Below are positions 23,501 to 35,500 of a stretch of DNA of 64,000 nucleotides, piece after piece. Location: positions 1 to 64,000 of the forward strand of contig NW_020846072.1 of assembly GCF_003704095.1 (NCBI RefSeq), written 5' to 3'. The notes beneath the pieces were generated by a model that was given only the letters and a program-made list of their open reading frames with translations, did not search any database and was not told the origin of the DNA. This DNA is from Pocillopora damicornis (Eukaryota). Position 1 is the stretch's first letter. Each line of letters opens with the position of its first letter. The position numbers and the translations under genes are program-made.

Positions 23501-26500
23501 ATTATTCACCTAAGTCTCCCTTGGATCTCCACTTTCTGTTTCCGATATGGTGTGATAATGCCAATGCTTTCAGAGTTTAAAATATTTGTCAAATCGTAGC
23601 ACAAATTTACAATGATATCAGCCTCGACGGGATTCCACAAAGCGCTGAAAAAAAGGGGACTCAGAACAATCAGTGGACTATACTACTTTAATACTGTACC
23701 CTAATCTAAGTTCGTTTCCTAATGCCTAATCGGTTACTGTACCATTTATTAGAATAAAGATTATTTAGATAACATAATACATAGATGTATGACACAACAA
23801 GATGATACTACATATGTAAATAAATTGTACCCTATGAAAACTGCTCTAGATTGATGCGTTAAATTAAGCAAAAAATAGTTTAGGCAAGGCTAAAACCAAG
23901 ACAATGCAGCGCTTTCATCGATATAGAGTTGGACACTCCCAGGAGGCCTGCAGGAAAAAGCGATGCGTCGCTCAATTTGCGTTGCTACTGTGTATCCTAT
24001 CCCTTTTTCCCTTGCACACTTAGGGTAACTAATTATTCCCCTCATAGGTTGGACGGTGTTGTGTTAACAGCACCTGGAAGTGAGCTGTGGCTCGGTTGCC
24101 ATCGTGACCTTCTTGCCGCTGAGAAACTGCTTTCCTTTACCATTACCTTTGCAACATCTATCCTACTATCCCATCTACGACTATTGACTAAGAGTTTTAT
24201 CTGAAAACATCGAGAGCAAAATTAAAGCTCGTGATGGCGCTTTTGTGATATTGCTTTATTTAACAGTCGAATTCTGATTTGTGATATCCTTAGTTTCTCG
24301 AAACTCACGAGAATTCGAACCAAAGAGGTTTGAACACTTAAATTAAAACAATTTAGTGATTAGGAAGATCTATGTACAATTAATATTTGCTAGTTTGCTG
24401 ATTTGTGATATCATTAGTTTCACTCAAGAATTCAAACCAAAAAGATTTAAACACTTAAAATAAACAATTAAAGTGGTTGAAACGACTCATACAATAATTG
24501 TTTGCAAGTTTGCTGATTGGTAATATCCTTAGTTTCTCGAAACTCACAAGAATTCGAACCAAAAAGGTTTCAACACTAAGTTAACACATTTCAAGTTGTT
24601 GAGAAAATCTAAGTACAATAGATATTGCTAGTTGGCAAGGCTTCTAAAGATAACACCAACATTGCTTCACCATCCATCTTGCCAAAATGGTTTCATTTGC
24701 TCACCCTCTATCCTGGCATATCTCTCTTCCATTAACAACGTCAAAGAGTGCATAGTGCTTCACCAGAGGAAACTGTCTCTGCTCTACTGATCTAGAGTGT
24801 AAAATACGCACATTCAAGACGGATATTACAAGTGTTTGTTTCGGGCTTATAAAAAAGCAGATGATCCCAGATATGAACCTAACGGCGACTTTATCTTATT
24901 CCTTTCTTGAGCCATTGGAACAGGGGGTCATTCAGAGAAAGTCCGTCTGTCCGTCAAACTTGTTTTAGAGTCACGCATAAGCAATTCATCACAACGTGGA
25001 CCTAGCAGCGACCTATCCTCATCACCCTGTCACTTTGTCCGTCCGTCCGTTCATGAGTAAATAAGTCAGTCAGTCAATTAGCGACATGGGACACCGATGG
25101 GTCAAATGAGAGCAAAGAAAGAAAGGTGAATGCTCAAAAATGAAACAATAATAAAGAACAACAGAGCACTTCTATATAAAATTGAGAAACAATATCAAAC
25201 CTGTGGCTTCTCAGGAAGTTATTGTACACATGTGAAGAAGGGAAAGCCGCAATCTCTGGATGCATCCGGTACTGTTCTTCCAACATCAGTACTGGCTTCT
25301 CCATTTCTACAAACATCAACAAACGTTGAATGAGCAACATGAGAAACAAGGCCATCTAATTTAGACTATTCGTTCAGGAGTCAGATGTAAGGAAGACTAG
25401 CGGGTAAAATGAAGATACTTTCTCGTAATACGCACTACATTGGTGGACAGTATTGCTTGAAACATGCTGGGCTAAAAGAATCAATGGAATTGCAAATATA
25501 TACTGCCTCGACCCTATTCATGCCAGTTTATTACCTTTGGAGGTTTTATAAGGATAGAAGATAAAAAAAAATCGAATAGTGAATGCTTGGTTTCATGAGG
25601 ATAGAATATATAATAGATCGAATGGTGAAGGCTTGCAGAAGTGTGAGAAAACAGACAAATTAAGAGTGCTTAGAGAGATAGAAATCGCTTAAAATTGCAC
25701 GTTTACAGCTCTACGTAACTTGCATGCTAATTGTTAGTCAAACCTCCCTTTAAAATATCAAAGCATATGCAGATAAGTCTGAAAACTTAAGTGACAATAC
25801 AGCTAGTCCTGAATTGGAATATTGATTGGTTTGCATAGGCTACTACACAATGGTAAGATTCTGCTTGGAATTCGATACAGAGGCATCATTACTGATTCAG
25901 AAGCTCACAGGCTGAATTTGGAGGGAATCATCAGGTCATAGCACAGGTTTTGGGGACTCAAAAGGAGGGTGCTTGTTCATTACAATGTTATAATTCTATT
26001 GCATGTTTACTGCTCTACGTTTTAAACACTTCCCAAGGACACAAACGGCACACTCGTGCCGATGCCCTGTAAGTCCATTAAACGCTATCACACCTCATAG
26101 GTTCAATAAGAGAAATATGAGTAAAGGAAACGAACATTTAATGTTTAGATAGCATCTGCCCTTGCAGAAACAGCTAAGAGCGGCATTTGAAGACACAAGT
26201 ACAATGCAGAGTTTTCGCGAAACGTAAAGCACCGGGTTATCTTTGAATAGCGTGTGGTACTGACTTCTGCAGCAGAGCACTACTCCTTGGAGGCTTTACT
26301 AAATTTTGTAGCCCAGTGCAACTTACGTTGACACCTACTAGTACTTAACAAGGAAATGGGAATTTTTTCATAGTCTGTTGCTTTCACTGGAATCGTGCCA
26401 CCTCATAACACACCACTAGAATTCTAGTCCAGGATAAACGATTGGCGTCACGCCCATAACCCCAATTTAATGAAGAAAAAAGTGTTTGTGCGGTATATGC

Positions 26501-29500
26501 AGCTATTTCCTTCTTAATAGCCGAACTCTTCTGCGAGAGATGCAAAGACAAACGAGAGCAAGGCCTGGTAAAGTGAGATAAGTAAAAGAAGCCCACTTCC
26601 AAGTGTTAGAGATGTGAAAAAAAGAAGAAATAATAAGGAATGAGATAGTGAAGGTTTCGCCCCTAATTCCTTTTTGCATCGCCCGAGTTGCCCCAGTAAC
26701 TCGACTATGAAAATGGCAAAATCATTGCTTGAAACCGGCAGACAATCGCCCTCAAAGTCAAGCTTAGTTACAAATTGAGAGTTTTGGGACCAGCCTGATA
26801 AATTGGTCACGTTCTGAACTAATTTTTTATTTTTCTTTCACTGATGCCTAGTGTGAAAGCGATATGATGGCTTGTTGACAGGCTAGATGAAGAGAGCGTA
26901 TACTTGTATTCGTCGACCCTTCTTTACTCTTCACAGTTACAGCATTGTCCAGCAGCTCGTCCGGATCTAGCTCTTGAGTTCAAATTGAAGACACCCGGGA
27001 GGATTTTGATACTTTTGGGGTTTTCTGGCACAAGAATTGTTTAGTAGCCCGGTGCCTTGTCCGCTCGTCAGTCCATGTTGCGGGCTTAGATGATGCAGTG
27101 AATTGAGTTTAATAAAGAAGGGGCGAGTTCAAACGAGGCAAACAGGATTCAAGGATTGTTATGGTTAGGAAATTGAATAATCTCATACCACTAGAGAAAG
27201 AGACAGACAGAAAAGATATCTTAGGGGGAGAGACATTTCCAACCTAAAGGACTGAAATTGTTTGTCAGTCCTACACCAGATGGGTGCATCAGAGTCTGGT
27301 ACACCAGAGTCTGGTACACTTATCATTAGGGAACTGTCTTTCCCACTTCTTCATTTCAACGTGAATAAAACGAGTAATGATTAAATTGGGCGAAGGGTGA
27401 TTCCGATATCCACCCTAGGAGAGAAGTGATTTTCAAAACACTCCCCAAACGATACCGCCCACTTATCCCCAACTTAAACGTGCTTTATCGCTTTGACCAT
27501 TACTTTTAAGATTTTTAAAACAATATAACAAACCTAAGCAGCACGTCTCCCCTACCCCCTATTCATGGTTCCCTATCTCTTGCGACTATCTCTGTGTACC
27601 CACCCCTTCTGTCAAAATTTCTTGCCAGCCCCTTTCACCTTCTATACATAAATTGAGCAGCCATCTCACATGACGAGATGCACCAAATTAACAAACTATA
27701 CAACTCACGCTTTTTTTAATATGAGCGTGTTGATGTTTGGATTCCAAATACCATGACCAATCCTTGCCGTTTTTTCCTTAATATGGATATGTAGACACTT
27801 TAAACCCTTTTCCCGATGATTTTGTATTCCTTAAACAATAGCTTCCTTGTACAGAGTTTCGTATCTTTTCTTGTTTGTTAATGTATCAGCACGATTGTCC
27901 ACAACGTCTTTTAAAATATGCTCTTGTCCACCTCTTGCTTCTGTGTATCCCTGAGATAGAGCCCATTCTCCGTTGATCTCGACGCACAAAGAAAAATTCC
28001 AAGAGCAAAGAAATATCCCCATACATTCAACAATCCCGCGCTGCTGAGCTTTTTTTCAATCGCAATTCAAACTATCCGAAAAACGTGAAAATATCACGAT
28101 TGAAAACCATATGACAACTACAGGAGAGTTGCCACGATCGCGGTCGTTGCTGATACCTTTCGAAGGTACTGTGAAACATCTTTGTAGCACACTGCCCCAA
28201 AAGCTTGAGATCTTGACTAGCAAAATCATGACAAGGGGTTACCCTGCCGGGCAACAGCATCAGTATTATAAAATTTCTTTCTTGTCAATGTAGAAGAGAT
28301 GAAAGATTCCCAACAATCATTAGACTATTTCCCATAAGCCTGTTTGCTTTGCTTCATTTTCAAGATAAATATCCTCCATTTTGGACTCTATCGTAGACCT
28401 GTTACGTATCACGAGAAGACGTGAAACTTCGCTTCTTTAAACGGCTCACCACCATGATGATAGACTTTTCAAAATTCAAAAAAATTACAGCTGATGGTAA
28501 ATAGCGATGTTCTTTTGATTATCAGACAAGAACATGTTAAACAGTTATTCCACTGCTATTTGTCAATTTCCCCACTTTTTAAGCGCAAAGATACAAACGT
28601 GGTGCAGGTATTTAAATACACTCCTCTTGTAAATCCCTGTGTTACTGAAACCTTCCCCAGTTATTACCTCAACATTTGACCCAGAGTTTTACAGCCCCAA
28701 ATGTGAAAATTTATCAAGCGGTCTGCTGTATTAGGGCTACATTGTTTTAATGGTCGGGTCTGTTTTTCATGCTCAGTAAAGCCCACTGGGGCTGGACATT
28801 GTGCTAGTATAAAAGCCACATACATTGTGTACAAAAAGGGCAATAATTATCAAGTAATAAGAATCGAGTTATACAATTACATTTTAAAAATGTGCCTTTT
28901 CTTACTTAAGACCACACGCAAATCACAAGTTATAGAGGAAGATGATACGAAAGCCTATAGGTGAACTTACCTTCTTTATGATATCTGAAGAATCTGTAAA
29001 GTCTTTCAAACATGGATCTTGCAAATAACTTCTCCTTTGCTCTCTAAGAACGTTAGGAGAAGATAAGGTTATCACTAGGAGAAGGAAAGGTTATCAGGAA
29101 AAAACAAAATTAAAATGTGCCAGAGGTCAATCACTAACTGAGAGCACGAATGAGTTGCCTCCAATAATATGTAAAACAGGAATAATCGTAACAAAAGTCA
29201 GTTTGTTGGTATGGCCAAAAAAGATGGATCGCAAAACCATAAAGGAGAATAAGACTGGAAAACTAGGGGATCGTTGACTGAAGCTAAACAAATCCGTTTA
29301 AGGAAGGCACAAAAGAAAGGAAGTAGTAAAGATTTGTCAACTTTTTTTTGACATACCCCAGACAGTACAGTGCAAGGCAACTGCTCAGGATCGCCGACAA
29401 GAACCACTTTAGACGCCTGGAAGCAGAGTGGTATCAGTAAATCCAGTTCATTGGACTGACAGGCCTGTAAAAAGTTACATCACTCACTTCACTGTATGTT

Positions 29501-32500
29501 TTTAGAGGAATTGATTAAATTGAGTGTTAGTCGAGAGTGCTTTGGTTCTGTTTTAACTTCGGTTTAACAAATCAACAATAGTTTAGCGTGGTCTGTACTC
29601 TAATCGACAACGATATTCATCATAACAGTGGTCACAATATTGTGAACTCAAGAGGCACAGCAATGGCAATAATTTCGCGATCTAATTGTTGCCTCGAGTT
29701 TTCACCCCCTCCTTTTAAAAGTATCTCCTGTTGTAACAGATAATTTCCATCGTTTTTTATTTTTTATAGTGCGGCACTCAGTCGAAAATCGCTCAACCAT
29801 AGAAATACCAACTGAGTACATGAAAGACTAGATTTAAGTTTCAAAACCAAAATGTTTTATCTAGAGCTTAAAAAAAAGCAACGTCATATTCAGCACCATT
29901 TTGGTCATGAAATATTTGAAAATGAAATCTTATCCCATAGACGTAAGATATAGTATCTCTCTTGGAGTTCTCTTACCTCATCCACAATAACGCAGGTGAA
30001 ATGAGGATAGATACGCCTGCAAAAGGGGAGAAACATTAAATATAGATATAAAAACTAACAAGTAATCTTGTGACCGTTGAAGCAGATCAGTCCTAACCGT
30101 CCTTCCAGGTCCTGCTTTAAGCTGGTGCTACCAGCCCCACTGAGAGTTGTACAGATAATATCAGCACGATAGAGGATCTCCTTTCTTATACTTGATTCTT
30201 TTCTACGTTTGTTAGCTTGCTCTGCCCTTTGTTCCCGGAATTTCTTTTGCAGGGTTCGTACTGCGTCCATAAGATTTATCTTCTCCTTTTCCAATTTCTC
30301 CAGTTGCTGCTCGCAAATCAATAAAAAGAAAGGAAATAAGTTTAGAAGTTTAAATACCTCTCTACGATTTCTACCAGTTCTTAATTAATGTTGATGGTGA
30401 TATAAACTGGGTTTTAGCTTTCCACCTTTTCTACAATACAACAACAACTACAACAACAAACCAACGAAAACAAACAAACAAACAAACAAACAAAAACACA
30501 ACACAAGGCTGAGATGTGTACTTCGTGTGATGTGTGAGGTGAACTTTTTAACTTCGTTATCTTGCGTTCCAATTTCTTCTCTCTATCGTCAATGACTGCC
30601 AGACTTTCCTTGGTTTTGTTTAATCTGTCCTCCGTTTCTGAAGATGACTGATCGACCACGAGCTTTGTCATACTGTCTAATGAGAACTTCAAAACCCCCG
30701 GGTGGATGTATGATTTACGGCCCACTCGCACCAGACACAAATCTCCACAGTTGTTAGAGATTACTTGAAAAGAGAAAACGAAAATAATATTCAAATGCCT
30801 CAATAAGTCGCGTCGTACAGAAAAGTACATCATGTTGAATACCTCTACGGCTGCCACAATAAAAGAATGACGCTTAAGATATATAAACGGATCAAACCGG
30901 TTTCTTCTTTCATATGCTCCTCTTTATGCGTCTTCCTTCAAATGTCAACATATTCAATTGCTACTACGGTAACTGGTTTGAACCCAAGAGTAAAATTAGT
31001 CGCATTCCTCAATTCTATCGATACCATCCAAAACTTTTGCACGAAAACTTGGAAAACAAGCACCTCGATCGTAATCAACTGCATTAAATGTGCAAGGTAA
31101 GAGACAAGACAACCAAACAAAGGGCAAGTGATTTACATCAGAAAGCTTACTTTTGTAGCTGAAGTAACCATCACATTTCACTAACCTCTCTTGACATCAT
31201 CTTGACGGTTACATCGCCTGTTTTTCTCCTTATCGTGACGATTTTGAAGTCGAATCTGAGCTTTTGCAAACCGACCAATCAACTCATCAATGGCAGCATT
31301 AGATGGGGCACACAAGAGAATTCTCACTTTGTTTCGAACACTTCCATTTGATGAGGTAGCTGTGGTCTGTCCTGGAAATTCTTGACCCCGCTACGAAAAA
31401 AAAAAACAAACAAAGCTCATGTGGCTCACAGAAGTTCAAAATTTAGGGCGGCGCAGCTCGGTACCATAACGTTTAACGTGTAAAACACAGTTCAAAAGTC
31501 GAGTCTTACTTCATTTTTGCCTGTTTCACATAAAGAGCAATAAGGTAATGACAAGTTGTTGTAGGTAAGAATAGACGTGGAACTCCAGACGTTAGGCAAA
31601 AAACTTACATTAAGTATCTCCTTGACAAGACCCACAATCGTGTACGATTTTCCTGTCCCCGGAGGGCCTTGAACGAGACAAATGCGTGGTATAGGATAGG
31701 GATTATGGACAGCATTGGCCGCAGTTGAGATGACCCTCTCTTGTGATTCGTTGTATTCCTTGTAAAGATGAATAGTTCATTCAAGGTAAGCATTAAGATG
31801 TTTCACGATTAATATAATATCAATCCTTGCCATTTTTTTCCTATGTAGATGGCGGAGATCGTTTAGCAATGTTGCACAGTGGCAATTGAACTACCTTTGT
31901 TTGTCTTTTTCTTGCCAACATGAATTAAGAATTCATTAGGAAAGTGATCTACCGGCACCAAAAAAAAAAACCAAAACAAACAAAAAAGTGAAAAATAGGG
32001 TGATCGTGCAACTAATTGCTATGTTCTCAGACCAAATTAGAAAAGTGGCTATAACCGTTCATTACACAGCGTGGCATACACTTGTTAAGAGTGCTACACA
32101 TCAGTAAGGATGCGCGATGAAAAATTGGCATGAACATCCAAGAGTAGTTACCACACACCTGCGCGCGAACGTAACCTATTTACCACGTTGCACGCACCGC
32201 GATGTTACTCGTGTTTCGGTATCCCACCCGTTGGCTTGGTAAAAAGGATCATGAACCCAATGTGAAAATATTTCGTATGCTGTCGAACGCGTTTTCGAGA
32301 TTTCCGCATTTTGTGGAATAAGTAGTACGATGTTCGCCGTTATACTTAGGGTTAGGAAAATTAAGGGGGCTACGTTTTACTGCAAGAATAGGGGAACACT
32401 AGAAAACGACTAGGGACACAATTTCGCAAATGTCCTTTCCCTGCGTAAAACCAAGGAAAAAGGTGACGCCAGTACGCTAGCTACTTCCCCGTTACTTGTA

Positions 32501-35500
32501 GTACCTGAGCGACATGGGGTATTGTACGATAATCATCGGAGCAGAAATAAATTGCTCTCCGCGGTCTAAGAATGTCGTTGGCCAATAGGCTCTTGCTAAA
32601 TTGCATTAACGCAGACCACTGCCTCAGTGCTGTCAACAGGGACGTCACAACCTGTACTTGAAGGCGACAGTTCCTTGCAGGTCGGAAGTTTGACGCAGTT
32701 TTAATGGTCAAGTTCAGATCAAACGTCGCCACAACAGCTTCTACAGAACAAACGCTTAAAGGTAAAAAACTTTTAAAGTCACAGACTTAGACAAATCATC
32801 CTGACAGAACAAATATTAATTTGTCACACAATGTGAAATAAACCTAACAGAAAACTATGCCGAGTTTTTAATTGGTACTTCTTCGATTCCACTGGACTCT
32901 AACAATTCCAAGACCTAAAAATCAATTCTTCGCACAGTATCCTTTTCATTTCTTACCTTTTCAGGTCTGAGACTCTCATGTCAATATAAAGAATAATACC
33001 GAACGAAAACTTTTCTTTCCTCCCATTACCTATCCTCTTGGTTTCACGCCTGGAAGTAAAGGGGTCACGACTGTTCTTAAGCCAAGCTAATATTTGGTTG
33101 GCAAGAAACAAAAAGTACAAAGGAAACAAAGTTCGTCTGTTAACCTCCTCAAACAATTACTTCCCGACTCGTACACATCACTGAGGTTGAAAAGTAAACA
33201 TCATTTCAAGATAACATTTTATGGGAAGGAAACCATACCTTCCTCTCCACCACTAATTCCCAGACTACCCCGTCGTGACAGCTTAGCTCTTTGCAGAACT
33301 GACTTCTCCACCAATCCGAAAACTGCTGAGTTATTATCACTCCCATCTAAAAAAAACAAAACAAAGCAAAACAAAATAATGATAATAATAATAAAGTAAA
33401 ATACAGCCATTATAAGAGTATGTGGAACTTTTGATGACTCGATGTCACGTTTCTCAAATTTCATTTTAAAGTTCTTCTAATGGTCAACTGCCACTGGAAT
33501 TTCATTTTCTGCTCCTTTCTAACAAAATCATTAATGGATTTAAGATAACTTCATTGAGCCTTTCTCAAATTATCAATTTTAAGGTAGCTCTATTGGCGAC
33601 CTTTCATGATACTTTCATCGTTAGCTTCCTTTTGACAACAAACAAACAAACAAATGAAAAAGAACAATCACACACAAAAAAAACATTAAAAAAAAAAAAC
33701 CAAACAAAAACTCTAGGTGCATTTCCAAAAAAATTTTCATGTGCTATTAAATACAAACACACTATAGTAATCCCATCAGTCGTTACCACAGTTGGTTGGA
33801 GGAACCGTTGGCAATTTTTTATGATAATCGCGAAAATTGAAACACACTTCATTTGAGTGTGATGTGGTTCAACGTTTTCCCCGGTTTTAGTTTTTGCTTT
33901 TGAGTATGGTAGCTTATTACATTGTGGGCGAATAAATAGAGAATGGTATTTTTTTCATCTTGTCACGAACGTGGGACAAAGAAAAAATTATCAGTCCTCA
34001 CGAAGAATCGAACCTCAGACCTTCGCATTCCGCGCTAAGATGCTCTGTCACTGAGCCACAGAGACTCTATGGTAAGCAAGGCCCACTGCCATTAAAGACT
34101 ATATCATACACCATATATCACCATTATAGACCCATTATGTTTGTAAATCTTCCTATTAAAATTGAGCCGCATTCGTTCCTTTTCCCTGCAGCCTTCACTA
34201 GGCATCAGTGAAGTGAGTAAGGCCATTGCATGATCGAGCTGAAAAATATCCCATCTTTCATATCAAATCCTGGTGATAAATCAAAATTGGAGCCAAGGAG
34301 AAAATTTCACCACATCAGACGTATCTTATTCACCTCTTCCATCAGCTGCAGAGCGCGTAACAAGAACCAAATCACTTTCCATCGGGAACAAAGCCCCTTT
34401 TTGTTGCTGTTCGTTAATAACACCACGGCAAGGAATGATCCAGAAACTATTGGCGTTACTTCCATCGAGAACATTCATGGTAACACACTTCCTGTTCACT
34501 TCCTTACCACCCCAGGAACCAAGAGCCTAAGATGAAAAATTGAGAGTTATTACAAGTAGTTTGATCAAGGTAAACGTCACAAACCGATCATCGTTACGTG
34601 TAGAGCTAACAAGAAAATGAATCAGACAACCAATTGTATCTTGAGTTTGCTATAACAAACGACAGGCCTTTAGTTACGAAAACACTAGCATTCGAATATT
34701 TAAAAAGTAAGTTTAGTAGAGTTCCCAAAGTACTGCCCGCACTATTTTACGAAATGCAATATCTACGGCGTGCCAAAGAGCAAGAAAATCAAAACAGCAG
34801 TTGATAACGAGAAATATTAATAATCAAGTTGCATTTTTCCTGGGACGGGAGCAGATTACTTTTCATAACTATCAGCCGTTTACCATTCTGCCCGTCCTTT
34901 AAATCTAAACGGCTACATAGAATCTATAATATGCTTTTACTCTAGTACCTGTTGCCAAATTTCCATGAATAGCAAGGGCTTGAATATTTTGTAATATTCG
35001 TCCATAGAGTTGAAGCTTTCCGGTACACGATCTGCAACATAATTTCGCGGCAAAGTGGTGGATCTACCATTTCTCAATGACTCAAAAAAGTGATCCACCC
35101 TCCAGGTTAGAATCTCGCGGAAAAAGTCATCCTCTGAAAGAACTCTAGACGGCTTTGTTATGGCCGCCTGAGGAGACGCTAGCTTACTCAAGCTTGCAAT
35201 TCCACCAGAAGAGTTTGTGACCGCATCAGACGAACGTATGTCAGGTGCAAATGTTACATGTTTCTTAGGTTTTACACTTTTGACTTCTTCATCTGGCAGA
35301 AAGTTATCATTTAAGTCTGGATTTTGCACAGGTTCGTCCAACGGGATATCCCCAACATTAACATCTTCATCTGACAACGAAAGGTCATCTTCCGTGTGAT
35401 TTGTGGTTTGCGTGCCGTATACATCAACAAGATCTTCTTCTATGCTTGCGAGGGCATTATCTTGAGAATTCAGCAAAAGTTCACTGTAATTGCAGCAGTG

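Noticed and set aside
30938-31181. Extra SETX exon (VDYDRGACF...)
   Set aside because: The frame hits a stop, and the flanking exons (31186 donor, 30763 acceptor) already join in phase.
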